A stretch of DNA of 47,655 nt from an archaeon (GTDB lineage: Archaea > Undinarchaeota > Undinarchaeia > Undinarchaeales > JBDRKL01). The position numbers and the translations under genes are program-made. Each line of letters opens with the position of its first letter. Position 1 is the first letter of the stretch. The notes beneath the pieces are model-generated. The model ran no database searches, was not told the origin of the DNA, and worked only from the letters and a program-made list of their open reading frames with translations. The DNA lies in contig JBDRKL010000013.1 of the NCBI GenBank assembly GCA_043814055.1, positions 1 through 47,655 of the forward strand, read 5' to 3'. Below are positions 1-10,200 of this stretch, piece after piece.

Positions 1-704
1 GAATCATCAAACACAGGCCCCTCTTTGCAAACTCTTAGCCCTTTAATCAGGCAGGAGCCGCAAATCCCAATTCCGCATTTCATATACCTCTCAAGGCTCG
101 CCTGCATCCCCACTTTGTTCTTAACGCAAATATCCAAAACCCTCTTCATCATAATCTCAGGTCCGCAGGTGTAAACATAATTAAACTCCTTGATTTTCTC
201 TTCAAGCACTTCAGTAACAAATCCTTTATGCCCTTCAGAACCGTCATCAGTCGCAACCAAAACTTCCCCGCACATTTTGAACTTTTCCAAAAATATCAAA
301 TTTTCCTTGTCCCGCGCCCCAACAATCGCGGTAACATCCGCGCCTTTATTCTTCAATTCCTCTGCGAGAAAACCAATCGGCGCAGCGCCGCATCCCCCGG
401 AAACAACCGCGACATTTCCCCCCTTCAATTCAAACCCTTTCCCATATGGCCCCCTGAGCCCGGCATAATCGCCTATCTTGAGCGAATTCATCGCTTTTGT
501 GGTATCCCCAACTTCGTAAACAGTAATCTCCAGCCTATCCCCGCTTGAGTGCGACACGCTAATCGGAATTTCCTCCCTACCTGGGACCCATGTCATCATG
601 AACTGGCCCGGAGCTACCCTCGCCTTAAAATCAAATAGAAATGACCTAGTCTTGGGAGACCTTTCCGTAATCTCGAGTATCTCGTAGCTGATTGAAGTTC
701 CCAT
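1..704 (-). CDS. pyrK: Dihydroorotate dehydrogenase electron transfer subunit (3' end runs off the window)
   Basis: Manual translation from ATG at 704: MGTSISYEI..PGQFMMTWVPG..; C-terminal 2Fe-2S motif SLERYMKCGIGICGSC..VCKEGPVF; adjacent to pyrD. Confidence 0.93.
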   Translation of the reverse strand, partial: MGTSISYEILEITERSPKTRSFLFDFKARVAPGQFMMTWVPGREEIPISVSHSSGDRLEITVYEVGDTTKAMNSLKIGDYAGLRGPYGKGFELKGGNVAVVSGGCGAAPIGFLAEELKNKGADVTAIVGARDKENLIFLEKFKMCGEVLVATDDGSEGHKGFVTEVLEEKIKEFNYVYTCGPEIMMKRVLDICVKNKVGMQASLERYMKCGIGICGSCLIKGLRVCKEGPVFDD

Positions 705-712
705 CCCAGCCT

Positions 713-946
713 TTATCTCTTGCGTTTTGCTGCCTTCTCTACTTCCTGTATGCTCGGCGTTGTTGCTATTGTGTAGCCAACCCAGAACATTATGCCAAAC
801 ACGCCTAGTACGAGCACTGAAACCACGGTATATACTGCGTAAAGACTCCAGTAGCCGGGGCTGAACAGCGCCCAGAAGTACAGTGCGCCGAGCAGGATAG
901 CTACCAAACACATAATTGCGCCGAATGCCTTGTCGCGTCCACTCAT
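713..946 (-). CDS. Small two-TM conserved archaeal membrane protein
   Basis: 77 aa, two hydrophobic helices, WVGYTIATTP motif, basic tail; ATGA overlap with the pyrD stop. Confidence 0.75.
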   Translation of the reverse strand: MSGRDKAFGAIMCLVAILLGALYFWALFSPGYWSLYAVYTVVSVLVLGVFGIMFWVGYTIATTPSIQEVEKAAKRKR

Positions 947-1869
947 TTTTGTATCCTCCTGTGAGCTAATCCCACTAAATCTTTCACGCTTTTATAGTTT
1001 TTTCTTTCCATAAAATCGGAAAGCTCCTTGCAAATCTTGCTGAAAACATCAATCTCCCGGTCCTTCACCGCAGTGCCAATCCCTACTGCGCTCGCGCCTG
1101 CCATGAGCATCTCTGCAGCGTCCAGTCCAGTATAAACTCCCCCAGTCCCTATAATCGGAATCTTAACAGTCTTGTAAATTTCATAAACGCACCTCACCGC
1201 AATCGGCTTTATCGCTTCTCCGCTCAAGCCGCCTGCTACATTGCTCAGCACTGGGCTAGCTGTTTCAACATCAATCACAACACCCGGGCCCAGCGTGTTA
1301 ATCGCAGTAATCCCGTCAGCTCCTGCGTTCTCTACTGCTTTTGCAATCGCGCTTATGCTCACCACATTCGGAGTGAGCTTTGCAAAAACCGGCGTTTTCC
1401 CTGAAACTTTCTTCACAGCTTTCACAACTTGTCCCGCAGTTTCCTCGTCGCTGCCGAAACTTGCGCCGTGCCCCTTGGCGTGCGGGCAGGACATATTAAT
1501 CTCAATCATATCCGGCTTTGCTGCAAGAACTTTCTTCGCAACAGCGGCATATCCCTCCACAGAGCTTCCAAAAATGCTCGCTATGACAGGAACTTTCGCC
1601 TCTTTCGCAATTTTTATCTCATCAACAAAAGCAGTTGCTCCAGGATTTGGGAGTCCCATCGCGTTCAGCATAATCTTTCCCATGTCAACAATCGTCGCGT
1701 TCCCGTGTCCGGTCCTCGCGTCCTCACCAATGGATTTCGTAGTCACCGCCCCAGCTCCGCCTTCGGTTGCAACTCTTTTCAAAATTTCCCCGGTGTTGCC
1801 GAGAATGCCAGAAGCTAGAATAGTTGGATTTTTGAGCTTGATGCCCGCGAGTTCAGTATCCAGTTTCAT
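943..1869 (-). CDS. pyrD: Dihydroorotate dehydrogenase (family 1B) catalytic subunit
   Basis: NPTILASG, TTKS, NAMGLPNPG, EINMSCPH, KLTPN, GGLSG motifs. Confidence 0.96.
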   Translation of the reverse strand: MKLDTELAGIKLKNPTILASGILGNTGEILKRVATEGGAGAVTTKSIGEDARTGHGNATIVDMGKIMLNAMGLPNPGATAFVDEIKIAKEAKVPVIASIFGSSVEGYAAVAKKVLAAKPDMIEINMSCPHAKGHGASFGSDEETAGQVVKAVKKVSGKTPVFAKLTPNVVSISAIAKAVENAGADGITAINTLGPGVVIDVETASPVLSNVAGGLSGEAIKPIAVRCVYEIYKTVKIPIIGTGGVYTGLDAAEMLMAGASAVGIGTAVKDREIDVFSKICKELSDFMERKNYKSVKDLVGLAHRRIQK

Positions 1870-2603
1870 TCCAAGCCATTCTTGGTTATCCTAAACTTTA
1901 TATGTTTCCCTTCCGCCGCATACGGGTGCTTTATGAGCGTTGCCTTCCTCTGCCCCGGCCCCAGCTTTTCTAATTCCAAACTCAATTTGCTCCAATACAA
2001 TAGCACATCCCCACCAACCGGAACAACCTCTTTCTCCCCGTCCTCGTCAAAACTTGCGTAGACCTGATTGCTCAGCATCACTGCGAGGTTGAAATCTCTC
2101 GCAATCTTTGAAAGTTTCCCCAACTGCCGTCCCAATTCCCTGCTCAGCTCAAGAATCTCTCTTCTTGTCCCGCTCACCTCCAAGCGATACAGCGAGACAA
2201 ACGAGTCAAAAATCACAAGCCCAAAATCCTTGTTAACAATCCTGCGCAGGTTCCTCACAAGTTCTTTCTGCTCTTCAAAATCCCGAACCTGTTTCAACAT
2301 AATCCTCTTCGCAACATCGGCATCTTTGCAAATCTGCAAAAATCTCTCCACCCTAAACCCGCCCTCAGTATCAACAAACAAAACCTTCTTCCCTTTTTTT
2401 GCGCACTCAACCGCAGTGGTTAAACACAAGTTAGTTTTCCCAACTCCAGGCGGGCCGTAAACGTGCGCAATCAAGCCAAGCGGAATCCCCTTCCCAAGCA
2501 ACTCGTCAATATTCCTTGAGCCAGTCGGGGCGCATTCTCCAACCACATCGCTCAACGGCTTTGCCTCTGCTTTTGCATCAAATTCCTTTGTCAAAAGTTT
2601 CAT
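1866..2603 (-). CDS. radB: DNA repair protein RadB
   Basis: Walker A GPPGVGKT, VDTEGG, SNQVY, PVGG, C-terminal KHP motif; no RadA N-terminal domain. Confidence 0.92.
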   Translation of the reverse strand: MKLLTKEFDAKAEAKPLSDVVGECAPTGSRNIDELLGKGIPLGLIAHVYGPPGVGKTNLCLTTAVECAKKGKKVLFVDTEGGFRVERFLQICKDADVAKRIMLKQVRDFEEQKELVRNLRRIVNKDFGLVIFDSFVSLYRLEVSGTRREILELSRELGRQLGKLSKIARDFNLAVMLSNQVYASFDEDGEKEVVPVGGDVLLYWSKLSLELEKLGPGQRKATLIKHPYAAEGKHIKFRITKNGLE

Positions 2604-2675
2604 AGAATCAAGGGGCTCAGCAGGGCTTATAAAGTTTATTTAACTGGGCGGGGTTTATTTTGCAGCACCAAAACC

Positions 2676-2717
2676 TTTATATATACCAAATGCTACTAAT
2701 TGCTACGTAATACTACT
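2676..2717 (+). promoter_or_regulatory. TATA box followed by three T(G/A)CTAC direct repeats at 10-bp spacing (candidate operator)
   Basis: tttatatata at 2676-2685; tgctac 2691, tgctac 2701, tactac 2711; ATG at 2718. Confidence 0.6.
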
Positions 2718-2951
2718 ATGACATCAATACAAATAAATATTCGCGTTTCAAAAGATCTCGCTCAGGAAATAGAGGAAGTGTCCAGCATGCTCAAGATAGA
2801 CCGCAGCGACTGGATACGCATCGCACTAGCGAGGGGGGCATTTGAGGAGCACAAGCGCCTTCTCACAGAGGTAGAGGAACTGCACAAGATGATGGAGTCA
2901 GACATGGGCCGAATACTGCAGAAAATGTCACAGCGCTCCGCAAAGAGGTAA
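2718..2951 (+). CDS. Ribbon-helix-helix (CopG-like) DNA-binding protein
   Basis: MTSIQINIRVSKDLAQEIEEVSSMLKIDRSDWIRIAL fits the beta-alpha-alpha RHH pattern; 6 bp upstream of cdc48. Confidence 0.75.
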   Translation: MTSIQINIRVSKDLAQEIEEVSSMLKIDRSDWIRIALARGAFEEHKRLLTEVEELHKMMESDMGRILQKMSQRSAKR

Positions 2952-2957
2952 AATCAA

Positions 2958-5240
2958 ATGAGAAAACAAAAAGAAACTGAACTTGAACTGCAAGTCGCAA
3001 AAGCAATGCCAGAGGACGCAGAGAAGGGCATAGTACGGCTTGACTCAAAATCAATGCACACAATCGGCGTTGCGCCTGGCGACATTGTGGAAGTGGAAGG
3101 GCAAAGAATAACGGTCGCAATCGCAGCAAAGGCATACCCAAGCGATGTTGGGATGCAGGTTTGCCGAATGGATGGCCTGATGCGCAGGAACGCGGAGGCA
3201 GGCATCGGCGAAGCTATCAAAGTGCGCAAGGCAGAGATAAAGGAAGCATCAAAAGTAATGCTCGCTCCGGCTCAGCAGGGAATCCAACTCCAAATAGTGG
3301 GCGGCGGGCTTGAGAAAAGCATGCTCGGCAGGCCGGTAATGAAAGGGGACTTGGTCAGCCCGCTTCGCGCAAGGGCAAGCGCCCAGCCCAATGACATTTT
3401 CTCCGCAATGTTCGGCGGCGAACTTCCTGGGTTCACTGGTTTCTCCGGTCTCAAGCTGATGGTAACCTCCACAACCCCAAAAGGTCCTGTGATCATAACT
3501 GACATGACAGAAGTAAAAATAAGTTCTCATGCAGTTGAGCTAGAGGCAGACAGCAGAATCCCAACAATAAATTATGAGGATATTGGCGGCCTGAGCAAAG
3601 AAATCAAAAAAGTTCGGGAGATGATTGAGCTCCCGCTCAAGCACCCTGAAATATTTGATACAATCGGCGTTGAGCCGCCGAAAGGCGTGCTCCTCTACGG
3701 CCCTTCAGGCACTGGAAAAACCCTGTTGGCGCAAGCTGTTGCAACCGAGTGCAATGCAAATTTCATCCCAATAAACGGGCCAGAGATGATGAGCAAGTTT
3801 TACGGCGAATCTGAGAAGAATCTTCGGGACATCTTTGAAAAAGCAGAAAAAGAGGCGCCAAGCATAATTTTCATAGACGAAATTGATGCAATCGCCCCAA
3901 AGCGCGAGGAAGTCACAGGCGAAGTAGAGCGCCGTGTGGTTGCAACTTTACTTTCAGTCATGGATGGGCTGAAGGCAAGAGGCAAGGTTGTGGTAATCGC
4001 TGCAACAAATCGTGTGGACTCAATGGATGAAGCGCTCCGCAGGGGCGGCAGGTTTGACAGGGAAATTGAAATCGGAGTTCCAGACAGGAAAGGCCGAAAA
4101 GAAGTCCTGCAAATCCATACCCGCGCAATGCCGCTTGCAGAAGATGTCAAGCTAGACGAGTGGGCAGATGTTACCTATGGCTACGTAGGGGCAGACCTTG
4201 AGGCTTTGACCAAGGAAGCAGCCATGTCCGCTGTTCTTAGAATGCTCCCTCAACTCAAACCAGATGAGTATGAGAAAATCCCGCCTGAAATACTGGCGGA
4301 ACTACGCGTAACGCGCGAGGACTTCCAGCACGGGCTGCGCAATGTTTCCCCAAGCGCGATGCGTGAAGTGCTTGTTGAAATTCCGCGAGTGGGTTGGGAC
4401 GATGTTGGAGGATTAAGCGAGGCCAAGCAACAGATTAAGGAAGCCATAGAGTGGCCGCTCAAGAAGCCGCAGGTGTTCACGCGCATGGGCATCAAGCCGC
4501 CGAAAGGCGTGCTCCTCTACGGTCCGCCCGGCACTGGAAAAACAATGCTGGCCAAGGCAGTAGCAAAGGAGTCACAAGCTAACTTCATCTCAGTTCGCGG
4601 TCCAGAACTCTTTAGCAAATGGGTCGGCGAGACCGAGCGCGGAATAAGAAAAATCTTCGCAAAGGCAAAGCAAGTTGCGCCAGCTATAATATTCTTTGAC
4701 GAGCTTGACGCAATGGCTCCAACACGGGGTCGCGACCACGGCTCGCACACAATGGAGACCGCAGTGAACCAATTGCTCACTGAGCTTGACGGCTTAGAGG
4801 AGCTTGAGTCAGTCGTGGTGCTTGGAGCAACTAACAGGCCGGACATAATTGACCCTGGGCTTCTGCGGCCAGGCAGATTTGACCGCCACGTGCTAATTGG
4901 AATTCCAGACAAGGACAGCCGCGAGAAAATCTTCAAAGTGCACACCAAGAACATGCCGCTCACAAAAGATGTTTCCATAAAAAAGCTCGCTGAAATGACT
5001 GACAATTATGTCGGAGCGGACATAGAAGCGCTATGCAGAGAAGCTGCAATGCTTGCCCTGCGCGAGAATATAAGCGCAAAGGAAGTCAAGATGAGACACT
5101 TCAAGGAAGCAATGGACCAGATAAGACCAAGCATGACCAAAGAGCTGGAGCAGAGTTATGATAGCGTTCTGAAAAGCTTCAGAAAGTCAAAGGCAACTGC
5201 GAAGAGCGAAACTGAGTCGCGCGAGAAATATATCGGTTAA
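2958..5240 (+). CDS. cdc48: CDC48/VCP family AAA ATPase
   Basis: N-domain plus two AAA modules ([14 protein letters not shown]; [14 protein letters not shown]), C-terminal HbYX motif YIG. Confidence 0.97.
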   Translation: MRKQKETELELQVAKAMPEDAEKGIVRLDSKSMHTIGVAPGDIVEVEGQRITVAIAAKAYPSDVGMQVCRMDGLMRRNAEAGIGEAIKVRKAEIKEASKVMLAPAQQGIQLQIVGGGLEKSMLGRPVMKGDLVSPLRARASAQPNDIFSAMFGGELPGFTGFSGLKLMVTSTTPKGPVIITDMTEVKISSHAVELEADSRIPTINYEDIGGLSKEIKKVREMIELPLKHPEIFDTIGVEPPKGVLLYGPSGTGKTLLAQAVATECNANFIPINGPEMMSKFYGESEKNLRDIFEKAEKEAPSIIFIDEIDAIAPKREEVTGEVERRVVATLLSVMDGLKARGKVVVIAATNRVDSMDEALRRGGRFDREIEIGVPDRKGRKEVLQIHTRAMPLAEDVKLDEWADVTYGYVGADLEALTKEAAMSAVLRMLPQLKPDEYEKIPPEILAELRVTREDFQHGLRNVSPSAMREVLVEIPRVGWDDVGGLSEAKQQIKEAIEWPLKKPQVFTRMGIKPPKGVLLYGPPGTGKTMLAKAVAKESQANFISVRGPELFSKWVGETERGIRKIFAKAKQVAPAIIFFDELDAMAPTRGRDHGSHTMETAVNQLLTELDGLEELESVVVLGATNRPDIIDPGLLRPGRFDRHVLIGIPDKDSREKIFKVHTKNMPLTKDVSIKKLAEMTDNYVGADIEALCREAAMLALRENISAKEVKMRHFKEAMDQIRPSMTKELEQSYDSVLKSFRKSKATAKSETESREKYIG

Positions 5241-5252
5241 AAAAAATAGATT

Positions 5253-5280
5253 AGAGCACGCGGTTAGCGTGCTCTTTTTT
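5253..5280 (+). terminator. Hairpin plus T-tract between convergent genes
   Basis: AGAGCACGC-ggtta-GCGTGCTCT followed by TTTTT. Confidence 0.65.
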
Positions 5281-5284
5281 AATT

Positions 5285-5764
5285 TTATTCCTTCTGCTCT
5301 TCAGTTACCTTTTTCTCAGGGTTTGCAACAGTTATTCCCTCAATGCCGAAGCTTCTCTCAATTTCGCCAATCATCATATTGCAGTCCTGCTTAATCCTGT
5401 CAAGATAAACCAGCATTCGTTCTTTCTGCTTTGCAATTTCCTCAAGCTGCTCATACTTCTTTATAGCTCTGTGGAAATCTCCAGCCTCAATAACAGTGTA
5501 AGGCGACTTGTTCATGTCCTTTGCAACGCGCTTGCACATCTCGCCGAGCCATTCGTTCATCTCTTTCTTCACGCGGGCGCGAATCATCTTTTCCTTGTCC
5601 AGCGAGCTCTTCATGTGCGCAACTACGCGCGCGTTCGGGAAAGGCAATCGCTCTTCATCCGCCAGTTCCTGCTCAAGCGCAACATCCTCGTTTGCTACTT
5701 CTTCAGCCGCTGGCTCTTCTGCTGCAGCTTCCTTGTTTTCTATTTGTTTTTCTTCTTTTGTCAT
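5285..5764 (-). CDS. Atypical histone-fold protein with acidic N-tail and coiled-coil C-terminus
   Basis: LPFPNARVVAHMK..VKKEMNEWLGEMCKRVAK..TVIEAGDFHRAIK resembles histone/NF-YB fold; E-rich N-terminus. Confidence 0.65.
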   Translation of the reverse strand: MTKEEKQIENKEAAAEEPAAEEVANEDVALEQELADEERLPFPNARVVAHMKSSLDKEKMIRARVKKEMNEWLGEMCKRVAKDMNKSPYTVIEAGDFHRAIKKYEQLEEIAKQKERMLVYLDRIKQDCNMMIGEIERSFGIEGITVANPEKKVTEEQKE

Positions 5765-5765
5765 T

Positions 5766-5840
5766 TCAAAGCACCTCCCATTTTACCAGCTTTGAAATAC
5801 ACACAAAGCTGGTTAGCTTTGTCAACCTTTGTTGTGTCAT
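5766..5840 (-). other. 76-bp twin-hairpin module containing a 24-codon leader ORF (MTQQRLTKLTSFVCISKLVKWEVL)
   Basis: SD gagggtga upstream; ends TGA-A-ATG; stem ATTTCAAAGC/GCTTTGAAAT; homologous to 24764-24838. Confidence 0.65.
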
Positions 5841-5872
5841 TATATTTCACCCTCTTTTTGAGTATTAAAACA

Positions 5873-5916
5873 ACACGCATGAATGCGTGTGTGTAAATCA
5901 TTTTATGATTTACGAC
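5873..5916 (+). repeat. Twin-hairpin module (hairpin-GT-hairpin-GAC)
   Basis: ACACGCAT/ATGCGTGT then GTAAATCAT/ATGATTTAC then GAC. Confidence 0.55.
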
Positions 5917-5969
5917 TACATTATTTTATTGATTTTTAGAGGTTAAATAGGTATTGTTCGCCCGATTTT

Positions 5970-6242
5970 TCACTCCAACCCATCCTTCGCAAGCTTGTCA
6001 AAAACACTGTCCTTCAGCTTAATCGGTTGAATCTTCAAGCCCTTTGAAATCAAATCATCTGTCTCAGGCATGTCAATGTACTCCGGGTTCAAATAGCGGT
6101 AAAGTATCCAAACCACTGTGCCCATATTTATTTGAGTGCGCCGTTCAATCTCGCGGACCCAGAGGAATTCCGAGCCCTCTTTCTTCGCGTCGTATAGGCA
6201 TTTCACAATTCTATTAAAGTTCTTCTTAGTGGTCTGGTTCAT
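5970..6242 (-). CDS. Small winged-helix/HTH DNA-binding protein
   Basis: LWVREIERRTQINMGTVVWILYRYL HTH-like pattern, 90 aa. Confidence 0.6.
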   Translation of the reverse strand: MNQTTKKNFNRIVKCLYDAKKEGSEFLWVREIERRTQINMGTVVWILYRYLNPEYIDMPETDDLISKGLKIQPIKLKDSVFDKLAKDGLE

Positions 6243-6243
6243 T

Positions 6244-6263
6244 TTCTATACAAGTGTATAGAA
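6244..6263. promoter_or_regulatory. Perfect 9-2-9 inverted repeat (candidate operator)
   Basis: TTCTATACA-AG-TGTATAGAA between a minus-strand TATA-like box (6270-6279) and the ATG at 6242. Confidence 0.6.
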
Positions 6264-6303
6264 GTGGTAGTATTAAAGGGTTACGGCTATTGATTTCCAT
6301 AAC

Positions 6304-7200
6304 CTATCGTGTAGTAATTATTGGATCTTCTAATACAATCACTGTATGCTCAGCCTGAGCAATTAATCCCCTCTCCTTTTCACGTAGCGCAGGGTACTGA
6401 TACAGCGCTCTTGCATTAACCAATTCTCTCAGCGCAAGACTCAGCTTCATCCCGCCAATATCCTTCTCAAGCCACCTTCTCGCAAACGGCAGTCCCTTGA
6501 ACTTCGTAACTCCAAGCTCAAGAATCCGCCTCGCTTCCCGGTTTCTTACAGATCTCGGCGCGAGAAACTCGTAAATATGAACCTCCTCTGAGTCAATCAC
6601 AGCTCCATACCCATTAGTTGAAAAGGGTTCTATCGCAATCGCCTGCCCCTCTTCAAGCACTGTCTTGTCATCATTTTTGATATTCGGAATAGTCAATCCA
6701 GTGTGCAGGCTGTACTGCTCAAGCCCGTGCCCGGTGAGATTGCTTATCGGCTTGAAACCTTTCTCAACAATCGCCTCCTCAATCTTCGTCCCAATCTCTC
6801 CAAGCGTAACCCCTGGCCTTATGCACTCAAGCCCAACCTTAAGCCCAGCCTCAGCAGCCTCAATCAGACCAAGCCTGGTCTCGTCCTTGTCCATGCTCAG
6901 CGTAAACGCCCTGTCCGCGATATACCCGTCAAAATGAACCCCCAAGTCAACCTTGACCAAGTCAGTTTCTCCAAAAACAAGCTCGGTCTTCAGGTCAGGA
7001 GTATAATGCGCAGCCATCTCATTGATTGAAATGTTCAGCGGAAACGCAGGCCCGTCACTCTCGTTCCAAATCAATCCCTCAACCTTGTCCGCAATATCCA
7101 AAACTTTAGCCCCTGGCTTCACAATATCCCGCGCGAGCTTCTCAGCTTTCTTGGCAACTTCCCCAGCCTTCCTGTATTTCTCTAAAACTGCATCGTCCAT
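6304..7200 (-). CDS. map: Methionine aminopeptidase type II
   Basis: AAHYTP, KVDLGVHFDGYIAD, NLTGH, AIEPF, QAEHT motifs. Confidence 0.96.
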   Translation of the reverse strand: MDDAVLEKYRKAGEVAKKAEKLARDIVKPGAKVLDIADKVEGLIWNESDGPAFPLNISINEMAAHYTPDLKTELVFGETDLVKVDLGVHFDGYIADRAFTLSMDKDETRLGLIEAAEAGLKVGLECIRPGVTLGEIGTKIEEAIVEKGFKPISNLTGHGLEQYSLHTGLTIPNIKNDDKTVLEEGQAIAIEPFSTNGYGAVIDSEEVHIYEFLAPRSVRNREARRILELGVTKFKGLPFARRWLEKDIGGMKLSLALRELVNARALYQYPALREKERGLIAQAEHTVIVLEDPIITTR

Positions 7201-7260
7201 AGGATATGCTTATCGCTATTGCTTCATATAAATTGCGCCAGCCCCTTCTCACAGGTATTT

Positions 7261-10200
7261 TTACTTCTTGGTGTAGAAGTAATAACCCAGACCAGCCACA
7301 ACAAGTATCAATACAACTGCCAGTGGAAGCGTCCAGTCCTGCCTAACTCCCTGCTCTTCAGCTACCACCGCGGCTGTCGGCGCCTCATCTGGTACTGGTG
7401 CGCTTGGGGTTGCAGTTCGCCTAACGCTTTCGGTTATTTCCTGCTTCTCTGCTTCCTCATACAGCTTAAAGGTTATGTCAGCAACTCCATTTTGTATCCT
7501 GTTCAGCAGAAGCTCAAGGTCAAGCATGCCATCACTGTCCACGTCAACGCGCGTAATCTTGCCTGGTTGTAGTGTTACCAGTATTGGGTCTGAGGTTATC
7601 CTCATAATAACACTTCCCGCACTCACACTATCTATCTTTGCCGTGTGACTGGAGCCCTCAACCCTGAAACCTACACTGTCGCCTTCAACCATACTCAGTG
7701 TTTTCTCAACACCCTCTTGCAAGGTGGGCGCGCTGCTCCCAAGGCCGCCTGTGTCCCCTGTTCTTGATGGACCACTTGGCGCTGAACCTGTTGTAAAGGT
7801 CCAGGTGACATTAGCCCCCTGCTGGTTTCCATATATATCTGCAACATCCTCTTTCACAGTCACGTTATATTGCGTGGCATAGGAAAGCGCATTGCTAAAG
7901 GTGTACACAAATGCAGTTCCGCTCGTATTCGTTATGGTGCCGCCCACAGAAGTTCCACCGCTTGTCAGGTTCACATAGAACGTGCTCGTATTCACGGTTT
8001 CATTGTTCATCCTGGAGTCATTGAAGGTTACGTATACGGCTGTTGCCAGCCCACTCAGAGTTCCATTCGGTGAAACAGATAGCAAAGTTGGCAACGAACC
8101 ATTATCAATCCACAGTGTTCTGCTTGCTGACTCTCCGCTGTCATTCAGCGGAGTTGTGCAATTTATGTACCACGTATTGGAACCATTTGCAATTGTTGCA
8201 TTGGCTGTTATAACTGTTGCAGTATTGTTTATCGCGCTTGAGTTGTTTCCATACTGCGTGGTGCCAACATACAAATTACAGTCTGCAGTACTCTCTGCAT
8301 TGTGCACAAACGTGAAGTTAAAGTCCGGGGTTGCATCTGTTGTTATGTTGTTGTCTGCCGGAGAATTCAGCGTTATGTTCCCTGTCCCTGTCAGGCTGAA
8401 ATCTATCTGCGGCCCAACACCTGAGAAGTGCGGCAGTTTCATCCATATCATATTGTTCGTGGTGTCTATGTAGCACAGTCCTGAACTCAAGTTCACGTCA
8501 GATGAATTGCAGAGCGCTTTGCTGCCATTTAGGTACGACCTGTACGTGCTCGTGTTGTAGTCTTCGTATCCAACCGGTACATATTCCGTTCCATTTGACT
8601 CATTCCAAACCTCTGTCCAGGTGCTCGTGTCATCCGCATCAACGTCATAGAAGCTGTCCATTGACACATATGCCAGGCCTTCCTGTACAGTGCCTCCTCC
8701 GGTTGTGGTGTCCTCGTATGGGAACCCGACTATGATATAGTCATATATCTCCGGGCCGGTGCTCGCGAACTTCCAGACCTCTTCCTTGCTGATATTCCCT
8801 TCTGTTGACTCGTTTGACTCGTTATCAAACATCGCGTCCGGCGGACCTGATGCCATCATGTCAACATTCACATAGTGAACTGTGATTCCTCTCACAGCGT
8901 CTGTCATCCTCAGGCTAACCTTTGCGCCGCCTATAACAGCTGCAAACATTCCGGACTTGAAGGAGTCCTCTCCCCCCATGCCGGAGCTTCCTGCCGGGCT
9001 ACACAGTGTCATGTTCGGGTTTGGCACGTCGCAGACCGCAGTGCTGTTCAGCATTGTCATGTTTATAGCCATAGCCTCATCTTTCATTCCTTTCGGGTCA
9101 AAGCCGTACAATGTTATTATTACTGGGTCGCTCTGAAGCTGCGCGATGGTTAACTTCATCTTTCTTGGAGCTCCCCCATTCTGCGCGAATATTTCAATGT
9201 TCTGCACCGACGCGTTCAGGAGCGGTAACTTGAAAATTCCATTCGCGTTCTCAGTATTTTCCCCTCCTACGTCAGTCATAAAGCTGAACGCAGACCCGTT
9301 GTATGCCGTGTAATTAACAGTCATTGAAATGTGCGCCTGGCTTATGGCACTTCCACTGGAGTTAACAACGAGGAACGTCTTCTTGGTCGTGTTTATCAGC
9401 GTGTTCCCCCCATCATTTGCCGTCAGGTTGTGCTCTGTCACGTTCCCAACCAGCGGTACTGTCGTGAAGTTTAAGTCGCTGAAATTCGCCTGTGTCATTG
9501 TAATGTTCCTGTAGTTTGCAGTGTAGAGCTCATTTCCTGAGCTGTTGTATGCGTTCGCGAACAGCAGGAAGCTGGAGTTTTCTGAAGATACTGGCACTGA
9601 TATATTATAGAATCCGCTCGTGGTATTATAAACCGCAGCGCCGCTCCAGTTGTATGGAACATTCCACTGCATAAACACCATATTGCCCGGCTCCATCAGG
9701 TATGCAACAACCTGCATCTCAGTGAAGTTGCCACTGCCCCCGTATGAAACATATCCTGTAATAGTCTGCACGCTTTCACTCAGGTTGAACTGCCTGGCAT
9801 AAAGGTCTCCGTTGCTGAAGGCTGAACCATTGTTGAAGTCCCATGCGAAAGGCATTGACATATTTGGATAAAGCATCAGTGAGTAGTTCCTATCTTTTCT
9901 TAGCCAGATGACGGTTTCGTTCGTGTAGTTCTGGAACTCCATCGCTACTGCGTATCCAAGTTTCTGGTCCTTTAGCATATACTTGTAGTTGACGGTTTCA
10001 TCCGAACCATTTATTGCAGTAATGTTAACACCAACAGCCTCCCTGAGGTAAAATCTTATCGTGCTGCTTGTAAGCATCTGCATTTCCCCTATGCCAAACT
10101 CTGGCAGGCTGGGTCCTATGTAGCTGACGCTGGTTCCTGTGTAATTCCTTATAACCGGCTTGTAGTACCAAGAATTGTTGTTGGGCACAGTGAGGTTAAA

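Noticed and set aside
1241-1894. Long antisense ORFs (e.g. 1241-1894, 12795-13586, 22588-23175, 43384-43920)
   Set aside because: Shadow frames of well-supported genes on the opposite strand
5764-5916. Hammerhead ribozyme reading of the GAC/GUC twin hairpins
   Set aside because: The CUGANGA and GAAA core elements are not in the required positions on either strand
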